This document shows positions 12,601-26,489 of a stretch of 64,000 nt of DNA, piece after piece. The translations under genes and the position numbers were made by a program. Position 1 is the first letter of the stretch. Each line of letters begins with the position of its first letter. The stretch spans positions 1,736,001 through 1,800,000 of the forward strand of contig NC_092680.1 in the NCBI RefSeq assembly GCF_964355755.1, in the 5' to 3' direction. A model generated the notes under the pieces. The model was not told the DNA's origin. It saw only the letters and a program-made list of their open reading frames with translations, and made no database searches. The stretch is from Antedon mediterranea (lineage: Eukaryota > Animalia > Echinodermata).

Positions 12601-15600
12601 TAGCTGAAAAGGGAAAATATAAAGAAATTTAATTATACCATTGCATAGGCTTAGATGTTTCTTACCTGTGATTGGTTCCTACACTATTGCATCGATATGT
12701 CCATATCTAAAAAAGGGAAAATATGAAAAAAATGTAATTATACCATTGCATTGGCTTTGATGTTTCTTACCTGTGATTGGTTCCAACAGTCTTGCATTGG
12801 TATGTCCATATCTGAAAAGGGAAAATATAAAGAAATGTAATTATACCATTGCATAGGCTTTGATGTTTCTTACCTGTGATTGGTTCCAACAGTCTTGAAG
12901 TGGTATGTCCATATCTGAAAAATGAAAATATGAAGAAATTTATTTATACCATTGCTTAGACTTGATATTTCTTACCTGTGATTGGTTCCAACAGCCTTGC
13001 ATTGGTATGTCCCTATCTGAAAAGGGAAAATATAAAAAAATTTAATTATACCATTGCATAGCCTTTGATATTTCTTACCTGTGATTGGTTCCAACAGTCT
13101 TGCATTGGTATGTCCATATCTGAAAAGGGAAAACATGAAAACATTTGATTTTACCAATACATCTTTGATGTTTCTTACCTGTAATTGGTTGCAACAGTCT
13201 TGCATTGGTATATCCATATCTGAAAAGGAAAAATATAAAGACATTTAGTATATCATTGCATAGCCGTTGATATTTCTTACCTGTGATTGGTTCCACCTGT
13301 CTTGCATTGGTATGCCCATATCTGAAAAGGGAAAATATAAAGAAATTTAATTATACCATTGCATAGGCTTTGGTGTTTCTTACCTGTGATTGGTTCCTAC
13401 AGTCTTGCATCGATATATCCATATCTGAAAAGGGAAAATATGAAAAAATTTAATTATACCATTGCATAGACTTGATATTTCTTACCTGTGATTGGTTCCA
13501 ACAGCCTTGCATTGGTATGTCCATATCTGAAATGGGAAAATATCAAGACATTTATTATACCATTCCATAGGCTATGATGTTTCTTACCTGTGATTGGTTG
13601 CAACTGCCTTGCATCATTATGTCCATACCTGAAAAGGGAAAATATAAAGAAATTTAATTATACTATTGCTTCGGTTTTGATGTTTCTTACCTGTGATTGG
13701 TTCCAACAGTCTTGCATCAGTATGTGCATATCTGAAATGAGAAAGTTTAAAGAAATTTAATTATACCATTGCATAGACTTGATATTTCTTACCTGTGATT
13801 GGTTCCAACAGCCTTGCATCGGTATGTCCATATCTGAAAAGAAGAAAAAAATAAAGACATTTATTATACCATTGCATAGACTTGATATTTCTTACCTGTG
13901 ATTGGTTCCAACAGCCTTGCATTGGTATGCCATATCTGAAAAGGGAAAATATCAAGACATTTATTATACCATTGCATAGGCTATGATGTTTCTTACCTGT
14001 GATTGGTTCAAACAGTATTGCATCGGTATGTCCTTATCTGAAAAGATATTCTTAGCTAGCTACACATAATATATCTTAGTTACACACAAACTTACTAAGA
14101 TATAATGCCACCTTAAAATGAATTTACAAAAAGTAACCTGATTTGAAATGCATTGAAAACTTAAACCTCTATTCTTAACTACACTTATATTTCCTAACTA
14201 CACACGACCTGCAGGGAAATCTTACAATACTAAGATAATGCCACCTTACACATTATAGATAATAATTTACAACACATGTTTAACATTTTTTTAATGCACT
14301 GAAACTTAAACCTCTACGTTCTTAGCTACACTTAATTCAGTTATCTTAGCAACACACATACCTGCAGGAAAAGCTTACAATACCAAGATATAATGCCACC
14401 TTACACATTATAGATAATAATTTACAACACATATTTAACTTTATTTGAAATGCACTGAAACTTAAACCTCTACGTTCTTAGCTACACTTAATTACAGTAT
14501 ATAACACACATATCTGCAGAGAAAAGCTTACAATACAAAGATAATGCCACCTTACACATTATCATAATTTACAACAAATATTTAAGATTATTCAAACACA
14601 TACCTGTAGAGAAAACGCAAACCAAATGTACCTTACCTTTGTTTAGTTAGATTTGTATCTGTATAGGTGCATGCTATCTGAAATGAGTAAGAGTAAAGAA
14701 CAATTATTATTTGCAGGTTTTGTTGTATGCTTACCTGTGATTGGTTCCAACAGTCTTCCATTGGTATGTCCATAGCAGAAAAGGGAAAATATAAAGAAAT
14801 TTAATTATACCATTGCATAGGCTTAGATGTTTCTTACCTGTGATTGGTTCCTACACTATTGCATCGATATGTCCATATCTGAAAAGGGAAAATATAAAGA
14901 AATTCTATTGCTTAGGTTTTGATGTTTCTTACCTGTGATTGGTTCCAACAGTCTTGCATCATTATGTCCATATCTGAAATGAGAAAGTATAAAGAAATGT
15001 AATTATACTATTGCTTAGGCTTTGATGTATCTTACCTGTGATTGGTTCTAAAAGTCTTCATCAGTATTTATATCTGAAAACAGAAAATATAAAGAAATTT
15101 AATTATACCATTGCATAGGCTTTGATGTTTCTTACCTGTGATTGGTTCCAACAGTCTTGAAGTGGTATGTCCATATCTGAAAAATGAAAATATGAAGAAA
15201 TTTAATTATACCATTGCTTAGACTTGATATTTCTTACCTGTGATTGGTTCCAACAGCCTTGCATCAGTATGTCCATATCTGAAAAGGGAAAATATAAAGA
15301 AATGTAATTATACTATTGCTTAGGCTTTGATGTTTCTTACCTGTGATTTGTTCCAACAGTCTTTCATCTGTATGTATATCTGAAAACAGAAAATATAAAG
15401 AGATTTAATTATACTATTGCATAGGCTTTGATGTTTCTTACCTGTGATTGGTTCCAACAGTTTTTCATCTGTATGTCCATATCTGAAAAGGGAAAGTATA
15501 AAGAAATTTAATTATACCATTGCATAGGCTTTGATATTTCTTACCTGTGATTGGTTCCAACAGTTGTGCATCGATATGTCCATATCTGAAAAGGGAAAAT

Positions 15601-18600
15601 ATGAAAAAATGTAATTTTACCAATACATCTTTGATGTTTCTTACCTGTGATTGGTTCCAACAGTATTGCATCGGTATGCCATATCTGAAAAAGGAAAATA
15701 TAAATAAATTTAATTATTCCATTGCATAGACTTGATATTTCTTACCTGTGATTGGTTCCAACAGCTTTGCATAGGTATGTCCATATCTGAAAAGGGAAAA
15801 TATAAGAAATTTAATTATACCAATACATCTTTGATGTTTCTTACCTGTGATTGGTTCCAACAGTCTTGAATTGGTATGTCCATATCTGAAAAAGGAAAAT
15901 ATAAAGAAATTTAATTATACCATTGTATAGGCTTAGATGTTTCTTACCTGTGATTGGTTCCTACACTATTGCATCGATATGTCCATATCTGAAAAGGGAA
16001 AATATAAAGAAATTCTATTGCTTAGGTTTTGATGTTTCTTACCTGTGATTGGTTCCAACAGTCTTGCATCATTATGTCCATATCTGAAATGAGAAAGTAT
16101 AAAGAAATGTAATTATACTATTGCTTAGGCTTTGATGTTTCTTACCTGTGATTGGTTCCAACAGTCTTTAATTGGTATGTCCATATCTGAAAAAGGAAAA
16201 TATAAAGAAATTTAATTATACCATTGTATAGGCTTAGATGTTTCTTACCTGTGATTGGTTGCAACAGTCTTGCATTGGTATATCCATATCTGAAAAGGGA
16301 AAATATAAAGACATGTAGTATATCATTGCATAGCCGTTGAGATTTCTTATCTGTGATTGGTTCCAACTGTCTTGCATCAGTATCTCCATACCTGAAAGGG
16401 AAAATATAAAGAAATTTAATTATACTATTGCTTAGGTTTTGATGTTTCTTACCTGTGATTGGTTCCTACAGTCTTGCATCGATATGTCCATATCTGAAAT
16501 GAGAAAGTTTAAAGAAAATTATTATACCATTGAATAGACTGGATATTTCTTACCTGTGATTGGTTCCAACAGCCTTGCATTGGTATGTCCATATCTGAAA
16601 AGGGAAAATATCAAGACATTTATTATACCATCCATAGGCTATGATGTTTCTTACCTGTGATTGGTTCCAACAGCCTTGCATTGGTATGTCCATATCTGAA
16701 AAGGGAAAATATCAAGACATTTATTATACCATTGCATAGGCTATGATGTTTCTTACCTGTGATTGGTTCCAACAGCCTTGCATTGGTATGTCCATATCTG
16801 AAAAGGGAAAATATCAAGACATTTATTATACCATTGCATAGGCTATGATGTTTCTTACCTGTGATTGGTTCCAACAGTCTTGCATCGGTATGTCCTTATC
16901 TGAAAAGATATTCTTAGCTAGCTACACATAATATATCTTAGTTACACACAAACTTACTAAGATATAATGCCACCTTAAACATTATGCAATATGAATTTAT
17001 AAAAAGTAACCTGATTTGAAATGCATTGAAAACTTAAACCTCTATTCTTAACTACACTTATATTTCCTAACTACACACGACCTGCAGGGAAATCTTACAA
17101 TACTAAGATAATGCCACCTTACACATTATAGATAATAATTTACAACACATGTTTAACATTTTTTTAATGCACTGAAACTTAAACCTCTACGTTCTTAGCT
17201 ACACTTAATACACTATACCTTAACAACAAACATACCTGCAGGAAAAGCTTACAATACCAAAATATAATGCCACCTTACACATACTAGATAATAATTTACA
17301 ACACATATTTAGCATTATTTGAAATGCACTGAAACTTAAACCTCTGCGTTCTTAGCTACACTTAATTCAGTATATCTTAGCAACACACATACCTGCAGGA
17401 AAAGCTTACAATACCAAGATATAATGCCACCTTACACATTATAGATAATAATTTACAACATATATTTAACTTTATTTGAAATGCACTGAAACTTAAGCCT
17501 CTACGTTCTTAGCTACACTTAATTACAGTATATAACACACATATCTGCAGAGAAAAGCTTACAATACAAAGATAATGCCACCTTACACATTTTATATCAT
17601 AATTTACAACAAATATTTAAAATTATTCAAACACATACCTGTAGAGGAAACGCAAACCAAATGTACCTTACCTTTGTTTAGTTAGATTTGTATCTGTATA
17701 GGTGCATGCTATCTGAAATGAGTAAGAGTAAAGAACAATTATTATTTGCAGGTTTTGTTGTATGCTTACCTGTGATTGGTTCCAACAGTCTTCCATTGGT
17801 ATGTCCATAGCTGAAAAGGGAAAATATAAAGAAATTTAATTATACCATTGCATAGCCTTAGATGTTTCTTACCTCTGATTGGTTCCTACACTATTGCATC
17901 GATATGTCCATATCTGAACAAGGGAAAATATGAAAAAAATGTAATTATACCATTGCATTGGCTTTGATGTTTCTTACCTGTGATTGGTTCCAACAGTCTT
18001 CCATCTGTATGTATATCTGAAAACCGAAAATATAAAGAAATGTAATTATACCATTGCATAGGCTTTGATGTTTCTTACCTGTGATTGGTTCCAACAGTCT
18101 TTCATCTGTATCTCCATATCTAAAAAGGGAAAGTATAAAAAAATTTAATTATACCATTGCATAGGCTTTGATATTTCTTACCTGTGATTGGTTCCAACAG
18201 TTGTGCATCGATATGTCCATATCTGAAAAGGGAAAATATGAACAAATGTAATTATACCATTGCATAGACTTGATATTTCTTACCTGTGATTGGTTCCAAC
18301 AGCCTTGCATTGGTATGTCCATATCTGAAAAGGGAAAACATAAGAAATTTAATTATACCATTGTATAGGCTTAGATGTTTCTTACCTGTGATTGGTTGCA
18401 ACAGTCTTTAATTGGTATGTCCATATCTGAAAAGGGAAAATATAAAGAAATTTAATTATACCATTGTATAGGCTTAGATGTTTCTTACCTGTGATTGGTT
18501 GCAACAGTCTTTAATTGGTATGTCCATATCTGAAAAGGGAAAATATAAAGAAATTTAATTATACCATTGTATAGGCTTAGATGTTTCTTACCTGTGATTG

Positions 18601-21600
18601 GTTGCAACAGTCTTGCATTGGTATATCCATATCTGAAAAGAGAAAATATAAAGACATTTAGTATATCATTGCATAGCCGTTGAGATTTCTTATCTGTGAT
18701 TGGTTCTAACTGTCTTGCATCAGTATCTCCATACCTGAAAGGGAAAATATAAAGAAATTTAATTATACCATTGCATAGGCTTAGATGTTTCTTACCTGTG
18801 ATTGGTTCCTACACTATTGCATCGATATGTCCATATCTGAAAAGGGAAAATATAAAGAAATTCTATTGCTTAGGTTTTGATGTTTCTTACCTGTGATTGG
18901 TTCCAACAGTCTTGCATCATTATGTCCATATCTGAAATGAGAAAGTATAAAGAAATGTAATTATACTATTGCTTAGGCTTTGATGTATCTTACCTGTGAT
19001 TGGTTCTAAAAGTCTTCATCAGTATTTATATCTGAAAACAGAAAATATAAAGAAATTTAATTATACCATTGCATAGGCTTTGATGTTTCTTACCTGTGAT
19101 TGGTTCCAACAGTCTTGAAGTGGTATGTCCATATCTGAAAAATGAAAATATGAAGAAATTTAATTATACCATTGCTTAGACTTGATATTTCTTACCTGTG
19201 ATTGGTTCCAACAGCCTTGCATCAGTATGTCCATATCTGAAAAGGGAAAATATAAAGAAATGTAATTATACTATTGCTTAGGCTTTGATGTTTCTTACCT
19301 GTGATTTGTTCCAACAGTCTTTCATCTGTATGTATATCTGAAAACAGAAAATATAAAGAGATTTAATTATACTATTGCATAGGCTTTGATGTTTCTTACC
19401 TGTGATTGGTTCCAACAGTTTTTCATCTGTATGTCCATATCTGAAAAGGGAAAGTATAAAGAAATTTAATTATACCATTGCATAGGCTTTGATATTTCTT
19501 ACCTGTGATTGGTTCCAACAGTTGTGCATCGATATGTCCATATCTGAAAAGCGAAAATATGAAAAAATGTAATTTTACCAATACATCTTTGATGTTTCTT
19601 ACCTGTGATTGGTTCCAACAGTATTGCATCGGTATGCCATATCTGAAAAAGGAAAATATAAATAAATTTAATTATTCCATTGCATAGACTTGATATTTCT
19701 TACCTGTGATTGGTTCCAACAGCTTTGCATAGGTATGTCCATATCTGAAAAGGGAAAATATAAGAAATTTAATTATACCAATACATCTTTGATGTTTCTT
19801 ACCTGTGATTGGTTCCAACAGTCTTGAATTGGTATGTCCATATCTGAAAAAGGAAAATATAAAGAAATTTAATTATACCATTGTATAGGCTTAGATGTTT
19901 CTTACCTGTGATTGGTTGCAACAGTCTTGCATTGGTATATCCATATCTGAAAAGGGAAAATATAAAGACATGTAGTATATCATTGCATAGCCGTTGAGAT
20001 TTCTTATCTGTGATTGGTTCCAACTGTCTTGCATCAGTATCTCCATACCTGAAAGGGAAAATATAAAGAAATTTAATTATACTATTGCTTAGGTTTTGAT
20101 GTTTCTTACCTGTGATTGGTTCCTACAGTCTTGCATCGATATGTCCATATCTGAAATGAGAAAGTTTAAAGAAAATTATTATACCATTGAATAGACTGGA
20201 TATTTCTTACCTGTGATTGGTTCCAACAGCCTTGCATTGGTATGTCCATATCTGAAAAGGGAAAATATCAAGACATTTATTATACCATCCATAGGCTATG
20301 ATGTTTCTTACCTGTGATTGGTTCCAACAGCCTTGCATTGGTATGTCCATATCTGAAAAGGGAAAATATCAAGACATTTATTATACCATTGCATAGGCTA
20401 TGATGTTTCTTACCTGTGATTGGTTCCAACAGCCTTGCATTGGTATGTCCATATCTGAAAAGGGAAAATATCAAGACATTTATTATACCATTGCATAGGC
20501 TATGATGTTTCTTACCTGTGATTGGTTCCAACAGTCTTGCATCAGTATGTCCTTATCTGAAAAGATATTCTTAGCTAGCTACACATAATATATCTTAGTT
20601 ACACACAAACTTACTAAGATATAATGCCACCTTAAACATTATGCAATATGAATTTATAAAAAGTAACCTGATTTGAAATGCATTGAAAACTTAAACCTCT
20701 ATTCTTAACTACACTTATATTTCCTAACTACACACGACCTGCAGGGAAATCTTACAATACTAAGATAATGCCACCTTACACATTATAGATAATAATTTAC
20801 AACACATGTTTAAAATTTTTTTAATGCACTGAAACTTAAACCTCTACGTTCTTAGCTACACTTAATTCAGTATATCTTAACAACAAACATACCTGCAGGT
20901 AAAGCTTACAATACCAAAATATAATGCCACCTTACACATTATATATCATAATTTACAACACATATTTAACTTTATTTGAAATGCACTGAAACTTAAGCCT
21001 CTACGTTCTTAGCTACACTTAATTACAGTATATAACACACATATCTGCAGAGAAAAGCTTACAATACAAAGATAATGCCACCTTACACATTATATATCAT
21101 AATTTACAACAAATATTTAAAATTATTCAAACACATACCTGTAGAGAAAACGCAAACCAAATGTACCTTACCTTTGTTTAGTTAGATTTGTATCTGTATA
21201 GGTGCATGCTATCTGAAATGAGTAAGAGTAAAGAACAATTATTATTTGCAGGTTTTGTTGTATGCTTACCTGTGATTGGTTCCAACAGTCTTCCATTGGT
21301 ATGTCCATAGCTGAAAAGGGAAAATATAAAGAAATGTAATTATACCATTGAATAGGCTTAGATGTTTCTTACCTGTGATTGGTTCCAACAGTCTTCCATT
21401 GATATGTCCATAGCTGAAAAGGGAAAATATAAAGAAATTTAATTATACCATTGCATAGGCTTAGATGTTTCTTACCTGTGATTGGTTCCAACAGTCTTCC
21501 ATTGATATGTCCATATCTGAAAAGGGAAAATATAAAGAAATTTAATTATACCATTGCATAGGCTTTGATGTTTCTTACCTGTGATTGGTTCCAACAGCCT

Positions 21601-24330
21601 TGCAACAGTATGTCCATATCTGAAAATGGAAAATATGAAAAAATTTAATTATACTATTGCTTAGGCTTTGATGTTTCTTACCTGTGATTGGTTCCAACAG
21701 TCTTGCATCAGTATGTCCATATCTGAAATGAGAAAGTATAAAGAAATGTAATTATGCCATTGCATAGGCTTTGATGTTTCTTACCTGTGATTGGTTCCAA
21801 CAGTCTTTCATCTGTATGTATATCTGAAAACAGAAAATATAAAGACATTTAATTATACCATTGCATAGGCTTTGATGTTTCTTACCTGTGATTGGTTCCA
21901 ACAGTCTTTCATCGGTATGTCCATATCTGAAAAGGGAAAATATAAAGAAATTTAATTATACCATTGCATAGCCTTTGATATTTCTTACCTGTGATTGGTT
22001 TAAACAGTTGTGCATTGGTATGTCCATATCTGAAAAGGGAAAGAATAACGAAATTTAATTATTCCATTGCATAGGCTTTGATATTTCTTACCTGTGATTG
22101 GTTCCAACAGTCTTGCATTGGTATGTCCACATCTGAAAAGGGAAAATATGAAAAAAATTATTTTTACCAATACATCCTTGATGTTTCTTACCTGTGATTG
22201 GTTCCAACAGTCTTTCATCTGTATGTATATCTGAAAACAGAAAATATAAAGAAATTTAATTATACCATTGCATAGGCTTTGATGTTTCTTACCTGTGATT
22301 GTTTCCAACAGTCTTGCATCAGTATGTCCATATCTGAAATGAGAAAGTATAAAGAAATGTAATTATACCATTGCATTGGCTTTGATGTTTCTTACCTGTG
22401 ATTGGTTCCAACAGTCTTTCATCTGTATGTATATCTGAAAACAGAAAATATAAAGAAATTTAATTATACCATTGCATAGGCTTTGATGTTTCTTACCTGT
22501 GATTGGTTCCAACAGCCTTGCATCGGTATGTCCATATCTGAAAAGGGAAAAAATAAAGACATTTATTATACCATTGCATAGACTTGATATTTCTTACCTG
22601 TGATTGGTTCCAACAGCCTTGCATTGGTATGTCCATATCTGAAAGGGGAAAATATCAAGACATTTATTATACCATTGCATAGGCTATGATGTTTCTTACC
22701 TGTGATTGGTTCCAACAGTCTTGCATCAGTATGTCCTTATCTGAAAAGATATTCTTAGCTAGCTACACATAATATATCTTAGTTACACACAAACTTACTA
22801 AGATATAATGCCACCTTAAACATTATGCAAAATGAATTTACAAAAAGTAACCTGATTTGAAATGCATTGAAAACTTAAACCTCTATTCTTAACTACACTT
22901 ATATTTCCAAACTACACACGAGCTGCAGGGAAATCTTACAATACTAAGATAATGCCACCTTACACATTATAGATAATAATTTACAACACATGTTTAACAT
23001 TTTTTTAATGCACTGAAACTTAAGCCTCTACGTTCTTAACTACACTTAATACAGTATACCTTAACAACAAACATACCTGCAGGAAAAGCTTACAATACCA
23101 AAATATAATGCCACCTTACACATAATATATCATAATTTACAACACATATTTAACATTATTTGAAATGCACTGAAACTTAAACCTCTACGTTCTTAGCTAC
23201 ACTTAATTCAGTATATCTTAACAACAAACATACCTGCAGAAAAAGCTTACAATACCAAAAAATAATTCCACCTTACACATTATATATCATAATTTACAAC
23301 ACATATTTAACATTATTTGAAATGCACTGAAACTTAAACCTCTACGTTCTTAGCTACACTTAATTCAATATATCTTAACAACAAACATACCTGCAGGAAA
23401 AGCTTACAATACCAAAATATAATGCCACCTTACACATTATATATCATAATTTACAACACATATTTAACATTATTTGAAATGTTCTGAAACTTAAACCTCT
23501 ACGTTCTTAGCTACACTTAATTACAGTATATAACACACATATCTGCAGAGAAAAGCTTACAATACAAAGATAATGCCACCTTACACATTATATATCATAA
23601 TTTACAACAAATATTTAAAATTATTCAAACACATACCTGTAGAGAAAACGCAAACCAAATGTACCTTACCTTTGTTTAGTTAGATTTGTATCTGTATAGG
23701 TGCATGCTATCTGAAATGAGTAAGAGTAAAGAACAATTATTATTTGCAGGTTTTGTTGTATGCTTACCTGTGATTGGTTCCAACAGTCTTCCATTGGTAT
23801 GTCCATAGCTGAAAAGGGAAAATATAAAGAAATTTAATTATACCATTGCATAGGCTTAGATGTTTCTTACCTGTGATTGGTTCCTACACTATTGCATCGA
23901 TATGTCCATATCTAAAAAAGGGAAAATATGAAAAAAATGTAATTATACCATTGCATTGGCTTTGATGTTTCTTACCTGTGATTGGTTCCAACAGTCTTGC
24001 ATTGGTATGTCCATATCTGAAAAGGGAAAATATAAAGAAATTCAATTATACCATTGCATAGGCTTTGATGTTTCTTACCTGTGATTGGTTCCAACAACCT
24101 TGCATCAGTATGTCCATATCTGAAAGGGAAAATATAAAGAAATTCAATTATACCATTGCATAGCCGTTGATATTTCTTACCTGTGATTGGTTCCAACAGT
24201 CTTCCATTGGTATGTCCATATCTGAAAAGGAAAAATATAAAGAAATTGTATTATACCATTGCATAGACTTTTATGTTTCTTACCTGTGATTGTTTTCCTT
24301 GTATTGTCAAAACTAGATCTGAAAAGAGAA
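665..24330 (-). repeat. Composite tandem array: nine blocks of ~102-bp A-type exon+intron monomers separated by eight B-type spacer blocks
   Basis: A blocks approx 665-2545, 3229-5405, 6263-9360, 10059-11543, 12556-14046, 14729-16908, 17764-20565, 21264-22748, 23762-24330. Minus-strand monomer: tttcccttttcag|ATATGGACATACCAATGCAAGACTGTTGGAACCAATCACAG|gtaagaaacatcaaagcc...; CTTACC recurs every 101-103 bp (e.g. 1265, 1368). Confidence 0.97.
2546..3228 (-). repeat. B-type spacer block (~152-157-bp repeats plus a 41-nt C exon); other copies at 5406-6262, 9361-10058, 11544-12555, 14047-14728, 16909-17763, 20566-21263, 22749-23761
   Basis: CTGCAG recurs at 2708, 2861, 3013 and at 11872, 12029, 12186, 12338. 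Minus strand reads cttttcctgcag|gtatgt. Copy number differs between blocks. Confidence 0.92.
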
Positions 24331-25019
24331 GAAACATTATTTTATATGTGATTTCTTTTTTTAAAATTAAGAATTATACACTTTATTATAATTCTTTCTA
24401 CAATTTGTCCAGGTCTCCCAAATTTATTTTGCATGCTTTCTGTAACATATTACATTTTACACAATAAACAATTGATGTGTTAGTATACATGTAACATTCA
24501 TAGCTGTGTCTGCATTAACTAATAGTTGATGTCCCAAGAAACCTAAATTGTCTAGAAAAAAAAGAAAGTGCAGGGAAAAATTATTCGTATTAAACAGTAA
24601 CAGGCCCATATAAATGACAAAACATTTATTTGTGTAAATGTAAAATGTTACAGAAGTACGCGCAGAAACAAAAGCTACCTAAAATCTAACTTCAAAGTAC
24701 AAGAAGTATGAACATTATGTGATTTAAACCAAAACATTCTTACTGGGAAATATAAGAATATAAAATAATATTACTTATCTGTCATAAGTTTAGAGAAGCA
24801 CAACAGGAATGATAATGCCAGTCAGCAGTCTGAGGACTGGAAGTAAGACCTGAAAAAAAATCTAACATCAAAAAATAAATAAATATTCGTTCTTAAATAA
24901 GACAAGTAGACTTAAATTGTATTATTATATTCTATCAAAGATTTAACCTATTCAATTCAACAATAAATGTTCCCGTATTAAGATATACATCTCCCGAGGC
25001 CCCGAGACTCCTTTCCCGC

Positions 25020-25140
25020 TTGTAGATTGGGCTGAGTAGAAAATCAGACGACGTACGCGCTGAACACCTGTGACGTCACAGTGACCGGGAACCAGTGAAC
25101 GCGCTAAGCAGACGATAATAACGGTTCGCGGCGATTTACT
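25020..25140. promoter_or_regulatory. CpG-rich element with palindromic CRE site and a CCAAT box
   Basis: CTGTGACGTCACAG palindrome around 25068-25081 containing TGACGTCA; GATTGG at ~25025; local CpG enrichment in AT-rich background. Confidence 0.5.
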
Positions 25141-25529
25141 TTTACAAACCATAGCTCAATGTAGGCTCAGTTATTTTCGCTAAAATTGAAAAAAATTAAC
25201 TTTCTTGATGAAATTAGTGTTGTAAATAGTAATAGAATGTGTTGAAATAAAAAATTGGCAAATTTGTAGACCAAAGTAGCATCAGGCTTATGCCTAAAAT
25301 TTCATACGAGTTGATCGAGGGCCTAGCTAGGCGAAGAAGGTAGTTCATAAAATCAACATTTTCTGTATAAAAATGTGTCATTAAATAAGATAAAGAAGTA
25401 AATTATGAGCTAGGGCCTACTAAAAGTCTATAGTATAATCGATAACTCGTAATATTTTGTATTAGTGCATATTTTAAAACCAATAAAATACTTACCTACT
25501 CTACGGTCTTTTCTCTCTAGGTGTTTCTT

Positions 25530-25760
25530 CGTCGCCGTCAACTTACGAAATGGCAGCGTAAGTCGCCGAGTCGGTAACGTGACGAAAACTATCCAAATTG
25601 TTAGATGAACTTATTCTAACCGTGATTGGCTAAATCTTCGTTACTGTTTTTGCTGAAACTCGTTGATTGGTTACTCAATAATTACTGTTGCCCCCGCGTA
25701 TTCTGAACTATCTCGGAACAACGATTGGTCAACTTTTTCACAGAAACACGTGTCTCCCGC
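25530..25760 (-). promoter_or_regulatory. Candidate Pol II promoter: three CCAAT boxes, an E-box and a YY1-like motif
   Basis: ATTGG at 25625, 25666 and 25724 (CCAAT on minus); CACGTG at 25747-25752; AAATGGCAGC at ~25548; CpG-rich; lies just upstream of the minus-strand donor at 25495. Confidence 0.6.
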
Positions 25761-26489
25761 ATGCTACAACCAAACTCCGCCCAGAGGAAGTTTTAAGAAC
25801 TTTTTTACTAGAGGGAGCTATTCATGGTGGAAGAGTTGCCAGGATCATACAATAATGTTTTATGTTGTTATTATGTATAAGGGCTTCAAAACGCCTGGAC
25901 AATTAGGTTATCAAATTGACTTCTTCTATTAGCTTAGGGTGTCTCGAGGATTTAATTTACGTTAGGTGGCAGTCGGATCGACGTTTAGTAAAATCCTATT
26001 CTTTGTCATTACATATTTATTTTAAAGTTACTATAGTAAACTTGTTTTAATTCATAAGATTTAGACTTAAGCAGATACTTATTAATAGATTAATTTGCTG
26101 AATGCATAAATCTAAAGCCGTACTTATTCGCAATATTTCAAACAAACTAGAGCCTATAATAAAAGGCAACATGAACATTATCATAATAAACAAAATAAAC
26201 TAAATAAATAATATTTGGGGGCAAGAACAATTGTATAATCAGTACAATATACTACTACAGATGTTATGAATATTATGATTTTAAAGCAAATTTGTTTAGA
26301 AATATATAAATAACGTGAAATGCAAGTTGTCATAAATTAATAAATCTAATCTTTTATCAGTTATAAATTTACCGTATCTTATTGTTGAATCATAATGTTA
26401 TATGTTATTATTTCAATATGTTAAAATTAGTTACAGATGTCAGGATAGGCTTTTATGCTAGAATTCTAAATAAGGAAATAATAGTTTTA

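Larger units (their letters stand above)
665..25590 (-). ncRNA. Putative multi-micro-exon long non-coding RNA gene spanning the array
   Basis: Canonical splice signals in nearly every monomer. Unique upstream candidate exons at ~25590-25496 (TAG|GTAAGT), 24849-24775 or 24744, and 24318-24284. Exons are 41 nt (not 3n) and TGA-bearing variants argue against one long ORF. Transcription is inferred, not shown. Confidence 0.55.

Noticed and set aside
14770-14780. Acceptor AG lost in one monomer (catagcagaa)
   Set aside because: A single-base difference from its duplicate near 3270; a recent mutation or sequencing error that does not change the overall pattern.
933-24196. Many short ORFs such as RYGHTNARLLEPITGKK in the array
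   Set aside because: They read through the putative introns of 102-bp (3n) monomers and break wherever units are 101 or 103 bp; repeat artefacts.
665-24330. CRISPR-like appearance (conserved block plus variable block)
   Set aside because: The variable parts are homologous to each other, not unique spacers; no cas genes; context is an intron-rich eukaryote.
665-24330. Intronic snoRNA or mirtron cluster
   Set aside because: The ~61-nt introns are too short for snoRNAs, lack C/D pairs, and I see no end-to-end hairpin; not formally folded.
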